Source: Candidatus Cloacimonadales bacterium
GTDB lineage: Bacteria; Cloacimonadota; Cloacimonadia; Cloacimonadales; DAONDQ01
Assembly (NCBI GenBank): GCA_963662275.1
Contig: OY759316.1
Coordinates: 3,392,001 to 3,456,000 of the forward strand
Direction of reading: 5' to 3'
Length of the DNA stretch: 64,000 bases
The notes under the pieces are model-generated. The model saw only the letters and a program-made list of their open reading frames with translations, had not been told where the DNA came from and ran no database searches. Below, in pieces: positions 28,810 to 37,904 of this stretch (its first letter is position 1; every line of letters starts with the position of its first letter). Both the position numbers and the translations under genes were made by a program.

Positions 28810-29145
28810 TTATGAGTCTTCAAAAAGCAGTAATTGTTCAGGATTTGTTTTTTCTCGGGTCTTCTTTTTGTTAAGAAGATGTACGATATCTCCAAATTGT
28901 TTGTCTGTAAATTCGATGATACTGACTTTCCCTTTTTCAGGAATATTAGTTTCAATTCGATTGTGTAAACTTTCGGTTCTTTCTCTTGTTCCACAGAATC
29001 TGGCATAGACAGAGAATTGACACATCTGAAACCCCTCCTTTTCCAGAAAGTGCCTGAATTTATTCGCTTTTTTCCTATCTGATGCAGATACAACAGGCAG
29101 ATCAAACATAACCATCATCCACATGAGTCTATATGCGCTTAACAT
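28810..29145 (-). CDS. cas2: CRISPR-associated Cas2 (type II)
   Basis: MWMMVMFDLPV, GFQMCQFSVYAR. Confidence 0.95.
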   Translation of the reverse strand: MLSAYRLMWMMVMFDLPVVSASDRKKANKFRHFLEKEGFQMCQFSVYARFCGTRERTESLHNRIETNIPEKGKVSIIEFTDKQFGDIVHLLNKKKTREKTNPEQLLLFEDS

Positions 29146-30016
29146 CGAAGATGGGATACGAGATCGATACCTTTTTTCTTTTTAGGGAATTTGCAAACAA
29201 CATGACTGTTTTATCAATGCAGAATCGTACATGGCTTTCTTCTTTTTGGTAAGGTATAATCTCATCCAGCACCTGGATCAGTTCTTTCTTTGTGGAAGGA
29301 TTTAGTATTGTAAATCCATTCTCCCAAATTTCGAATACTTTATTATCCATGAATGGTCTATAAGGTTCCATTAGATCGTCAGCAAGACAGAATGGATTCA
29401 TCATGTTTCGATGATGAATGCCTAGTTCGGGTATTAGACCTGTTGCACTTATTGCTCTGCAGAAGGTAGCCCTAATAATGGCATAACCATAGTTCAATAA
29501 AGAATTAATTCCATCCTCGTCAGGGTCTCTCTTGAAATCAGAACCAAATAGTCTTTGCCAATATTTTCTGGCACATGCTGCCTCCACATTGGTTGTATCT
29601 CCAGAAAGAACTTTCTTTTCCAAAGCGGGAAATTCCCTAAAGGGCTTGTTTCGATAGCGAAGAACGAAGCCTTGATTTGCAATTTTTGCTTTGATCACAG
29701 ACTGCCATAAGTTTTTCTGAAGGGGCAGACTCGCTGCAAGCTGAGATTGTAATCTATCTTTACGATATACATTTTCTGCAGTGGATAGTAGTATTCCAGT
29801 GGGTACAGCATTCTTTCCACAGATGATGAGAGGAATGTTCAATTCATTCAAACGAATCAAAACTTGATTTGTTAAGAAAGCCCCAAATGAGTTTAATACC
29901 AGACAGTCGATATTATCGAGAGGTATTTCCTTGATCTCCTCATTTTCCTTTATTTGCAGAAAACCACTTCTGATGGAAAGGACAATTCCTTGCTTATTGA
30001 TTTCCACAACTTGCAT
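29129..30016 (-). CDS. cas1: CRISPR-associated Cas1 (type II)
   Basis: EAACARKYW, NSLLNYGY, GIHH, LADDLMEPYRP. Confidence 0.95.
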   Translation of the reverse strand: MQVVEINKQGIVLSIRSGFLQIKENEEIKEIPLDNIDCLVLNSFGAFLTNQVLIRLNELNIPLIICGKNAVPTGILLSTAENVYRKDRLQSQLAASLPLQKNLWQSVIKAKIANQGFVLRYRNKPFREFPALEKKVLSGDTTNVEAACARKYWQRLFGSDFKRDPDEDGINSLLNYGYAIIRATFCRAISATGLIPELGIHHRNMMNPFCLADDLMEPYRPFMDNKVFEIWENGFTILNPSTKKELIQVLDEIIPYQKEESHVRFCIDKTVMLFANSLKRKKVSISYPIFDVKRI

Positions 30017-30018
30017 GG

Positions 30019-33000
30019 TTATTCCTTTTTTGGGTCAAAGACTCTGCCAAGAATATCTATTCCAGCTTTAGCAGCTTGCATTTGTAGTAATTGATTTGCA
30101 CTATATTTTTCCCCAATATCTTCTGAGCCCTTTTCCTTTTTTGCAGTGTTTAATTCTCTTAAGAATATCCTACCTTGGCTAAATTTCCTTACCCTCTTAA
30201 ATTCTCTTTTTCCTTTTTCGTTTGTAAACACGACGATATCGTTTTTATAAAGTCGCATAATTAATTTACCCATTGGGAATTCGTTTTTCCAGTCAGGAGT
30301 AAAATTACTCTTATGGGCTTTGAAACTGTTTACTACCAAATCCTTCCATTTTGATTTTGAATCAAACGGCTTTGGATTGTAAATATCGATAAACAGATTT
30401 TCATCTGAACAATAGTATTTGAATATATTGCCTTGCTTATCTTTTATAGGGATTAAGTTATTGGGATTGAGTTTACTCATGGTTTTCACTTTTTTCACGT
30501 TATGCTTCGTTGCCCAAGTTTTAACAGCCTGTTTGAATTCATCTTTCGATATATCTTTTCTGACAAAATCCATTAAAACATCTTGAATTGGCTGAGATAC
30601 TACTTCAAGTATTTGCTTTTCTGTTTCTAAGCTCATAATATCTACTTTGGAGGTGAAATATGCAAATTTCGAGTCATTAGTGTCAGTATGATGGAAAAAT
30701 AAAGCTGTTTCCTGCATCAAAGCACCTGCAGTCTGGTTTCTGGTAGCTAAAAGAGATGGATTCGGTTGGTCAGGTTTGAAAGAAACTTTGATTTGATCTA
30801 CTTTCTCTTTCACCATATCTAGATTAAATCCGTTCCAGGGGTATGGCATCTTTCCAATATATCTATCATCGCTAAAGCGCACAGCATCAGCATACTTCTT
30901 TACGATACTCCTCGAAGTGAAAGCAATTACCAAAGCATCAATTGCATGATGTCGATGGTCAGTTCTTTCTTTTTCGTTGGTTTCGCTTAAGATTGAATTC
31001 AATCCCCAATATCTTCTCAGTTTTGCTGTCAGTTGTCCAGCAGGACACCAGATATTATTACTACCGCATACATAACTGAGATAAGCTTTAGTTGAACGTG
31101 ACATATATCTTGTATCATTCAACATTCTTCCAAGAACAACTGCTTCATCTGCAAAACGTTCCATAGCATTAACCTGGAAACGCCATTTCTTATTATCAGG
31201 CAATTTATGTGCTCTCTCTAAGATCATCTCCCAAGAATAGCCATCATGGCTTTGCCCAAAGGCTTCATGTGGGCTTCTTTCTTTTTTATATTCGTTAGCT
31301 TGATGATAACAAAGAATCTTATTAGAGACGCTATCATCAAAAGTTCTGGATTTAGGAAGAATGTGATCAATCTGAACTTGTGGTTGATATAAGTTTGCTG
31401 CAGTTATTTGATTGCCTGAATAAACACAACATCTTTCTAAAGGATTTGAGGACATTTCTTCCCATAATTTGAACTTCAAACGGTTTTCACCATTGTTTTC
31501 AATATTCAGTTTTGCCAATTCTAAAGATATTCTCTCATTGGTTTTCGTATTCTTATTAATTTGCTTATTTATTTCTTTTTTCTGTTCTTCATTGAGTTTC
31601 AAATCACGCGCAAGCTCGATTACTATTTCTTTCGGTGCACCGTATTGAGAGCATAAAGCATTCAATATCTTACGTACCTGGTTCAAAGCAATGTGAACAG
31701 TCGGATTATTGATCTTACCGAATAGATCTGCATCTACATCATTTGAAATGCGTGCTAATGGCAATACACTACCTGGTAGTAACTCACCGTAATATGGTAA
31801 ATCACCTTTACAATAAGTAGGTTCGGTTGCGATGCCACTATGTTTGTATCCTGCTTCTATGCATGCCTCTGAGTAATTTAATCCTGCTTTCATATGAGAA
31901 ATTAGCTTTTGTAAGGCTTTCATACTCAAATTTCCATAGCTAAAGGGTAATTTGGCATTGAAAACTGAATTTGTTTCATCTGAAGTCAATCCCAAATTAT
32001 GCAATTTGATTTGTATTTCTTCATCGGAATCATCAGAAAGAAGTATATCTATGATGTTTATTTTCTTTTGTTCGCTCAACGAATCATATATGTTTTTAAG
32101 CTTCACTTTCAAAGCATGATAAGATTCATTTCCAAGTAACTTGGTTTTATTTTCACTTTCGAGATTAAATCTGTAGCAGTCAGTATCTTTTTTCCTAATT
32201 AAAGCTCGAACTTTTGGATAGTCTTTTTTATCACAAACATTCATTACATTGAATATTAGATTTCTCTCCTCCTGTGTAAGATCGATGACCTCACCTGTTG
32301 TTATATCAATTAACTCAAGGTTATTTATTTCCTGAAGAAGCCTGAATTCCTGGAAGAAGGGATGTGCTCTGTGAATTCTATCCTCTGTTGGTTCTAAATA
32401 ACATTTTCCTTTGATAGTTGGCTTTAAAGGTCTTTGAGTGAATATGACTTTATATATCTCATCTTTCAAAGAATCTGATAATTCTTTGTGATATTGTCTT
32501 TGAGTATTCCAAAGAGTATTAAATTCGTTTTCTATCATCTCACGAGTAGGAAATATCTTTTCATCAGCAATATCTGATTCGTATCTGAATTTGGTTGGTT
32601 TCTTATGATGTTGGTCATTGAGATTGACTTTACAATTTATGTTCCATAAATATTCGCCGATTGTGCGTACTTTTGTTTCAGTTAGTTTGTGTTGTAGATT
32701 TGATATAGCATCAGATATCTTTGTTCCTTTTTCTTGTGCATTCTCTTTTCTGTTACTCTTAAAGCCTCTTCTTTTTGCTAAATGTATGAAAGCTCGAGAA
32801 ATCTCATAAAGAGTAATTTCTTTATCTAAAGCTCTATGCCTTATTTCAAGAGGGTCTTGCATAAAGAGAGAAGTTCTCTCCTTTTCATTCTGTGGTAGAA
32901 GAGAATGAGCATCTAAGCAATTCAATAATTGTTCCCTGCGTAGAAGATAGCGATCAAGATTCTTTCGGATAGAACGATAGTTTCTTCTTTTTACACTCAA

Positions 33001-33162
33001 GGGTTCTTTAGTTTTGTCATCTCTGCCATCAGGGAATATACGTACACCCATTTTGATAATATCAATCGGATTATCATTTGAATCCAGTTTAAGCATGCAC
33101 CATCCGATAGAAGTAGAACCCATATCGATACCAAGTCTGTAATTTTCTTTAGTTACTTTCAT
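30019..33162 (-). CDS. cas9: Type II-C Cas9, 1047 aa
   Basis: RuvC-I LGIDMGSTSIGW, Arg-rich bridge helix, IELAR, HNH IDHILP, HHAIDA; no csn2 or cas4. Confidence 0.97.
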   Translation of the reverse strand: MKVTKENYRLGIDMGSTSIGWCMLKLDSNDNPIDIIKMGVRIFPDGRDDKTKEPLSVKRRNYRSIRKNLDRYLLRREQLLNCLDAHSLLPQNEKERTSLFMQDPLEIRHRALDKEITLYEISRAFIHLAKRRGFKSNRKENAQEKGTKISDAISNLQHKLTETKVRTIGEYLWNINCKVNLNDQHHKKPTKFRYESDIADEKIFPTREMIENEFNTLWNTQRQYHKELSDSLKDEIYKVIFTQRPLKPTIKGKCYLEPTEDRIHRAHPFFQEFRLLQEINNLELIDITTGEVIDLTQEERNLIFNVMNVCDKKDYPKVRALIRKKDTDCYRFNLESENKTKLLGNESYHALKVKLKNIYDSLSEQKKINIIDILLSDDSDEEIQIKLHNLGLTSDETNSVFNAKLPFSYGNLSMKALQKLISHMKAGLNYSEACIEAGYKHSGIATEPTYCKGDLPYYGELLPGSVLPLARISNDVDADLFGKINNPTVHIALNQVRKILNALCSQYGAPKEIVIELARDLKLNEEQKKEINKQINKNTKTNERISLELAKLNIENNGENRLKFKLWEEMSSNPLERCCVYSGNQITAANLYQPQVQIDHILPKSRTFDDSVSNKILCYHQANEYKKERSPHEAFGQSHDGYSWEMILERAHKLPDNKKWRFQVNAMERFADEAVVLGRMLNDTRYMSRSTKAYLSYVCGSNNIWCPAGQLTAKLRRYWGLNSILSETNEKERTDHRHHAIDALVIAFTSRSIVKKYADAVRFSDDRYIGKMPYPWNGFNLDMVKEKVDQIKVSFKPDQPNPSLLATRNQTAGALMQETALFFHHTDTNDSKFAYFTSKVDIMSLETEKQILEVVSQPIQDVLMDFVRKDISKDEFKQAVKTWATKHNVKKVKTMSKLNPNNLIPIKDKQGNIFKYYCSDENLFIDIYNPKPFDSKSKWKDLVVNSFKAHKSNFTPDWKNEFPMGKLIMRLYKNDIVVFTNEKGKREFKRVRKFSQGRIFLRELNTAKKEKGSEDIGEKYSANQLLQMQAAKAGIDILGRVFDPKKE

Positions 33163-33227
33163 TTTTTCCTTGACCTCCGCACAGAATTTGTGTATCTGTA
33201 AATATATAACCTTAATTAATTTGTTTG

Positions 33228-33304
33228 TAAAATGGTGTCAAGCTGTTAATAAGGTTTTTACCAACAAATGCCTTTCCAGATTCCGATCTGGTTAGGCTTT
33301 TTTT
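33228..33304 (+). ncRNA. tracrRNA (5' end uncertain)
   Basis: Anti-repeat TGGTGTCAAGCTGTTAAT (33233-33250), nexus AAGGTTTTTACC, hairpin GCCT..CCAGAT-TCCG-ATCTGG..AGGC then T7. Confidence 0.88.
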
Positions 33305-33329
33305 ATATTTATTTTCACTTTTTTTAATT

Positions 33330-33745
33330 TTTTTTCAAATGCTCCCTCTTTCGAAGTTCGAAGGACGAAGTGCGAAGTTCGAAAGAAGAGAATAACAGAC
33401 AGATTTATTTCCACAAATCCCTGCTCTGTAATTCTGAACTATAAATTTCTTTAAAATCTTCTCTGTATCTGCTTTTTAAAGTTTTCGTACTTCGCACTTC
33501 GAACTTCGAACTTAAGATTTATTTTTCATTTTTTAAAAATAAATCGAAATGCTCCCTCGATTTGGGCAAAAAGCTCCCTCCTATATATATATGAGAGGCG
33601 TTTTTGCAGAAGGTGTTAGGTTCCAGGTGCTAGGTGCTAGTTCAGAACAGAAAGAGCAGAGCAGAAGGAACCAGAACAGATGCAGAAGGACCTCCAGAAA
33701 TAAATGAAAAGAGGAAAAGAAAATGAAACCCAAATTCAATCACAG
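33330..33745 (+). repeat. Copy of the upstream element at 405-855, ending in a paralogous gene start (MKPKFNH)
   Basis: Shares TTCGAAGTTCGAAGGACGAAGTGCGAAGTTCGAA and CTCCCTC..TTTGGG.AAAA.GCTCCC.CCTATATATATATG with the reverse complement of 644-847. Confidence 0.8.
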
Positions 33746-34209
33746 ACAGCCAGAAAGAGCGAAGTCCGGAAATACACCCCGATGTCTTGAGAATCTTCGA
33801 AGTTGGAGAATAGCTCAGAGTCTTACTGAGACATGGACAGATGCCAATATTTGGGAAAACGTATGGATGGAATGATGGAACATCATCCTGGATTTCTTCT
33901 AATCGAGAAACCATAACCTGGCAATCAACTACCGCCAATGACGATAATACCATACCAGCAATTCAGAATCTCTGGTTATCTGCTTATCCGAATCCTTTCA
34001 GTAGCAACCTGAATGTCCAGGTCAACAGCAAATTAACAGCCCCTGTTTCTGTTCAACTATTTAATCTCAAAGGACAGCTTGTATACGCTGATAAAACAGA
34101 ACCAAATCACTCAATCACAATCAACAAAACGTTAAGCAACGGTATCTATTTTCTGAAGGCAAGACAGGGGAATGATACCTGTGCACGTAAAATCATCCAT
34201 ATCAAATAA
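33723..34209 (+). pseudogene. Chimeric/frameshifted remnant ending in a secretion (T9SS/FlgD-type) C-terminal domain
   Basis: SAYPNPF...FNLKGQLV...LSNGIYFLK; no signal peptide; upstream frame stops at 33875. Confidence 0.6.
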
Positions 34210-34580
34210 TACTCTTTTTTATTGTAGAAACGTGCAATTTGCGCGTCTCTATTGAAAAGGATGAACTTCCCTGAAAGCAGGTTTTCGCAACCGATGATGA
34301 AAGCTGAGTTCTCCGAGTGAACAGATTTATCTATTTGTATCGAGGAGACGACATTGCACAACCTTATAGGGTCACATTGGGTCATTTCGATACAATTTCT
34401 CCTTCGTCGAAATCACTCAATGAACCGGCTCTGAGCTTTCATGTACAGTGCGAAAGAAGAGAAGACAGGGCTGAAGATGAATTTGTATATATTGTTTTAT
34501 TACTAAGGCAGATATCTTTGAGGCGTTGCATCATATAAAATACAATCTATCCACCGATTGAAAATCAGCGTTGCATTGCA

Positions 34581-37500
34581 TTACACTGTCACATACTTGG
34601 CATCAACAGAATATCCCTGGTCTTTAACGATGGAAAGATCCTGGACGAGAGTGATATAATTATCAATTTGCTTTTTGTCTGGAGTATGTCCTGACTTGTA
34701 ATCAATTATGAGTATCAGTTTATTCTTTTCATCGATAAGAAGACGGTCGAGATGATATGCTTCCTGGTATTTACCGAAAATAGTGAATTCAGTAAACACT
34801 TTATTCCATTTTGTTTTATCAAAGAGTGAACTCTCTGCTTTTACAAAATCACGGACACTTGTCTTTACTTTTTCTAATTCAGCAGGATTGAGATAATGTC
34901 CATATAACTCAGTCGTTTTAGAGATAGCCATAGTGAATTCATTCTCTTCTCCATAGGACAGAAAAGACATCATGAAATGAGTGGCATTGCCTATCATATT
35001 GCTCTTATTAACAAGGTAGCTTTGTTTCAGATCAGATTTCAAATAATCCTGGAGATTCTTCTTTTCAATAGCATACTTGCTTCTGTCTGTTTCTATATAA
35101 TCGTTGAAATCAACATTCATCACATTCTTTTTCATTGCTTCAGATAATGCCTTGTCTTGTAACGTCCCATACAAGGCTTCTAATGTAAATTTCTGGATAT
35201 CCTGCACCCAGCCATTCCCGGAAACGGTGTGATAGAGAACTTGCAGCAGAAGTTTTGGAATCGAGATATCTTCCTTGGTTGTTGTGATTTTCTCTGTCGC
35301 GGCTGCAATTCCGTCCTTATTCTTATAAGCAACATACACAATCAAGTTTAAAGCAGCTCGAGTAAGAGCAACATAAATGGAATTCAGTTCTTCGATGGCT
35401 TGCTGTTTTGTATTATTTTCAGCCATTGTTGTTAGTTTAGTATTTGGAATAACGCCATCATAATTGCATGTATAAGCGTATTGTTCCAGCCTGGAGAACA
35501 TAGGTCTTTTCAATTCCATGTATATTTTCAAATCTGTGGATGTACCACCTCTTGCCCCTTCTGCTTTCGTATAAAAGAAAACATTATTGAATTGCAACCC
35601 TTTGGCACGATGAATTGATAGAAGAGTCAGTCCTTCTTTTGTCTGCATTCCAATTTGACCCATGGATTTATTCTTTTCCAATTCTTTGCAAAAAGTCATA
35701 AAACCATGCAAAGTCAATGGTTCATCAGCTTTCTGCTGCTCAAAATCAGCAACGATATCCAGGAAACGGTGCAGATTCTTGATATCATTATCATATTGCC
35801 AGATCTCTGTAAAATGGTAAGCTCTGATGATCTTAGAACAGTAATCCAGTAGATTCTCCTGTCTAAATGATTCCATAACCTCGAAAACCTTGGCTATTTC
35901 AGGAAAAGCCAACAATTTAGAAGTTAACTTCTCCTTTTCTGAATTCCTGATGATTACCAGGATACGTTTTAAAGTATCAGCATCAAGGAGTACGGCATCA
36001 GAGCGCAGGAATTTCAACAAATCAAGCCAACGTTTCCGAAGGGTAAAACGCAATAAATACATCAGCGGTTTTACTGATCGATGATGTAAAATGGAATAGG
36101 TGGATTCCCAAATATAATCGATGCCGTTTTCTGTCAGTACGGCTGCAATATTCTTCAGATCTATATTCCGCCGTGTTAAAATGACTGTCTCATTCATAGA
36201 TAATTGATTATTCCTGGGATCAATGAGAGGAATGACCATATCTTCCACAAATTCCCGAATGGCTGACTCGTCATTTGAGACTGTATTTTCTTTATCCTCT
36301 GTTAGATTCCTGAAACGAACCTTCACTCCGCCAATCATTTCCCGATGCTTTGGTTCGGGTTGAACAAGTTTATAATCCCAATCAATACCATGAGCAGCTA
36401 AATTTAATATCATATTCTCATGAAGAAAAACTGTGTTGATGAAATTCATCACAGGTTGATAAGAACGGAAGGAAATGTTCAAATATTCCTCATCACAGTG
36501 AGTAAGTACTTTCTTCATATTGATCAATAAGTCTCTTTCCCCTCCCCGCCAGCGATAAATGGATTGCTTTTCGTCCCCAACAACGATCACACCACCATAA
36601 GGTTTCGCAGTTTCACCACTGATCAGTTCCCTGATAATAGGCAGCAAAATCTGAAACTGAAGAATAGAGGTATCTTGGAATTCGTCGATCAGGAGAAACC
36701 GGATACGATTCGTGAGTAATTCGTAAAAACGATTATTCACATAGCCGTAATCCATATCCACAAGAGATAATTCAGGATCATAGAGATACTTATATGTATA
36801 ATAGGCAATATCGCTGTAGGTGAAAATACGTGTTTGGAATCTCAATTCATCATAATATTTGAAAAGCTTACGAGAAAACTGCTTAATTGCATATTGTTCG
36901 AGCAAAAATCTTTTATGAAAGAGATATTCTCCAAAAATACCTGCTGCATCTGCACAACGTTCTTCGAGTTCAGCGGCGAATGGTTCCTTCTTAGAATTGA
37001 ATTTCGTATTATTCCAGAAACTACTGCATCCTAGCCAGAGTGAATTCTTGCGTTCAACTCGTGTTGGCTCTTTGAAATAATCACGAATAAAAGCTGGGAT
37101 ATCGAAATTAGAGCCGTCTCTTCCATCCAACCATTGCTCACGATATTCTTTATTTAGCAGTTTTGAAATCAGTTCTCCCGGATATTTAGCATGGATAAAT
37201 CTCCACCATTCTGTAACAATCGCTATCATCCTTGTAGAATATTCAATCCATTTCGCTTCGGCAATCGTCTCCCAAGCCTTGAACATTTCTTGTGTATCCG
37301 TCTGCATTCCCGATTCCTGTTGCTCTACATAATGGAAGAACCAGCGTTGATCGATCAGTTTCACCAGGAAATCTCTATATGTCTCTATCGTTTTATTCCG
37401 GGATTGCTCAAAAAGAGTCCGGATAATGGATAGATTGTCTTTGCTCAACATGAATTCATAAAGTTTTGGCAGGATGTCATCCGTTGCATTATCATCAATA

Positions 37501-37904
37501 ACCGGTTCCGTTATTCCCAGGAAGGGAGCAACATGCGATTTGAAGATATTGAATAGCAGTGAGTCGATTGTACTGATCTGGAGTTGGTTTTTATGAAGAA
37601 GGATCTGTTGGCGTACACCTTTAAAAAAGGTAATATCTTCATCTGTTATTGAGTATCCGAATATCCCTGTGAATGTCGCAGATAGAGCTTTTCCTTTCTC
37701 GCTGCCAGAGACTAATTCCTCCAAATGCTCATAAATCCTGTTCCGTATTTCTGCCGTGGCTTTCCTCGTAAATGTCACGATACAGATTTCTCGGAAATTG
37801 ATCTCCTGTTTGCGACAACAAAGTAATATATTGATGAATTCTAAAGATAACCTGTACGTTTTACCTGTACCCGCACTGGCGCTGATCACTTTATTCAGTA
37901 ACAT
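34581..37904 (-). CDS. AddA/RecB-like UvrD helicase-nuclease
   Basis: ASAGTGKT, TFTRKA, IDEFQDTS, VGDEKQSIYRWRG, SIHRAKGLQF, YVALTRA, IIDYKSG. Confidence 0.9.
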   Translation of the reverse strand: MLLNKVISASAGTGKTYRLSLEFINILLCCRKQEINFREICIVTFTRKATAEIRNRIYEHLEELVSGSEKGKALSATFTGIFGYSITDEDITFFKGVRQQILLHKNQLQISTIDSLLFNIFKSHVAPFLGITEPVIDDNATDDILPKLYEFMLSKDNLSIIRTLFEQSRNKTIETYRDFLVKLIDQRWFFHYVEQQESGMQTDTQEMFKAWETIAEAKWIEYSTRMIAIVTEWWRFIHAKYPGELISKLLNKEYREQWLDGRDGSNFDIPAFIRDYFKEPTRVERKNSLWLGCSSFWNNTKFNSKKEPFAAELEERCADAAGIFGEYLFHKRFLLEQYAIKQFSRKLFKYYDELRFQTRIFTYSDIAYYTYKYLYDPELSLVDMDYGYVNNRFYELLTNRIRFLLIDEFQDTSILQFQILLPIIRELISGETAKPYGGVIVVGDEKQSIYRWRGGERDLLINMKKVLTHCDEEYLNISFRSYQPVMNFINTVFLHENMILNLAAHGIDWDYKLVQPEPKHREMIGGVKVRFRNLTEDKENTVSNDESAIREFVEDMVIPLIDPRNNQLSMNETVILTRRNIDLKNIAAVLTENGIDYIWESTYSILHHRSVKPLMYLLRFTLRKRWLDLLKFLRSDAVLLDADTLKRILVIIRNSEKEKLTSKLLAFPEIAKVFEVMESFRQENLLDYCSKIIRAYHFTEIWQYDNDIKNLHRFLDIVADFEQQKADEPLTLHGFMTFCKELEKNKSMGQIGMQTKEGLTLLSIHRAKGLQFNNVFFYTKAEGARGGTSTDLKIYMELKRPMFSRLEQYAYTCNYDGVIPNTKLTTMAENNTKQQAIEELNSIYVALTRAALNLIVYVAYKNKDGIAAATEKITTTKEDISIPKLLLQVLYHTVSGNGWVQDIQKFTLEALYGTLQDKALSEAMKKNVMNVDFNDYIETDRSKYAIEKKNLQDYLKSDLKQSYLVNKSNMIGNATHFMMSFLSYGEENEFTMAISKTTELYGHYLNPAELEKVKTSVRDFVKAESSLFDKTKWNKVFTEFTIFGKYQEAYHLDRLLIDEKNKLILIIDYKSGHTPDKKQIDNYITLVQDLSIVKDQGYSVDAKYVTV

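Noticed and set aside
27666..28874. ORFs of 80-309 aa over the CRISPR array
   Set aside because: Artefacts of the 66-bp period of a stop-free repeat
23172..33162. CRISPR-associated transposon (IstAB + Cas9)
   Set aside because: The IS21 has its own ends and TSD inside a repeat and istA is broken; this is an insertion, not a functional coupling
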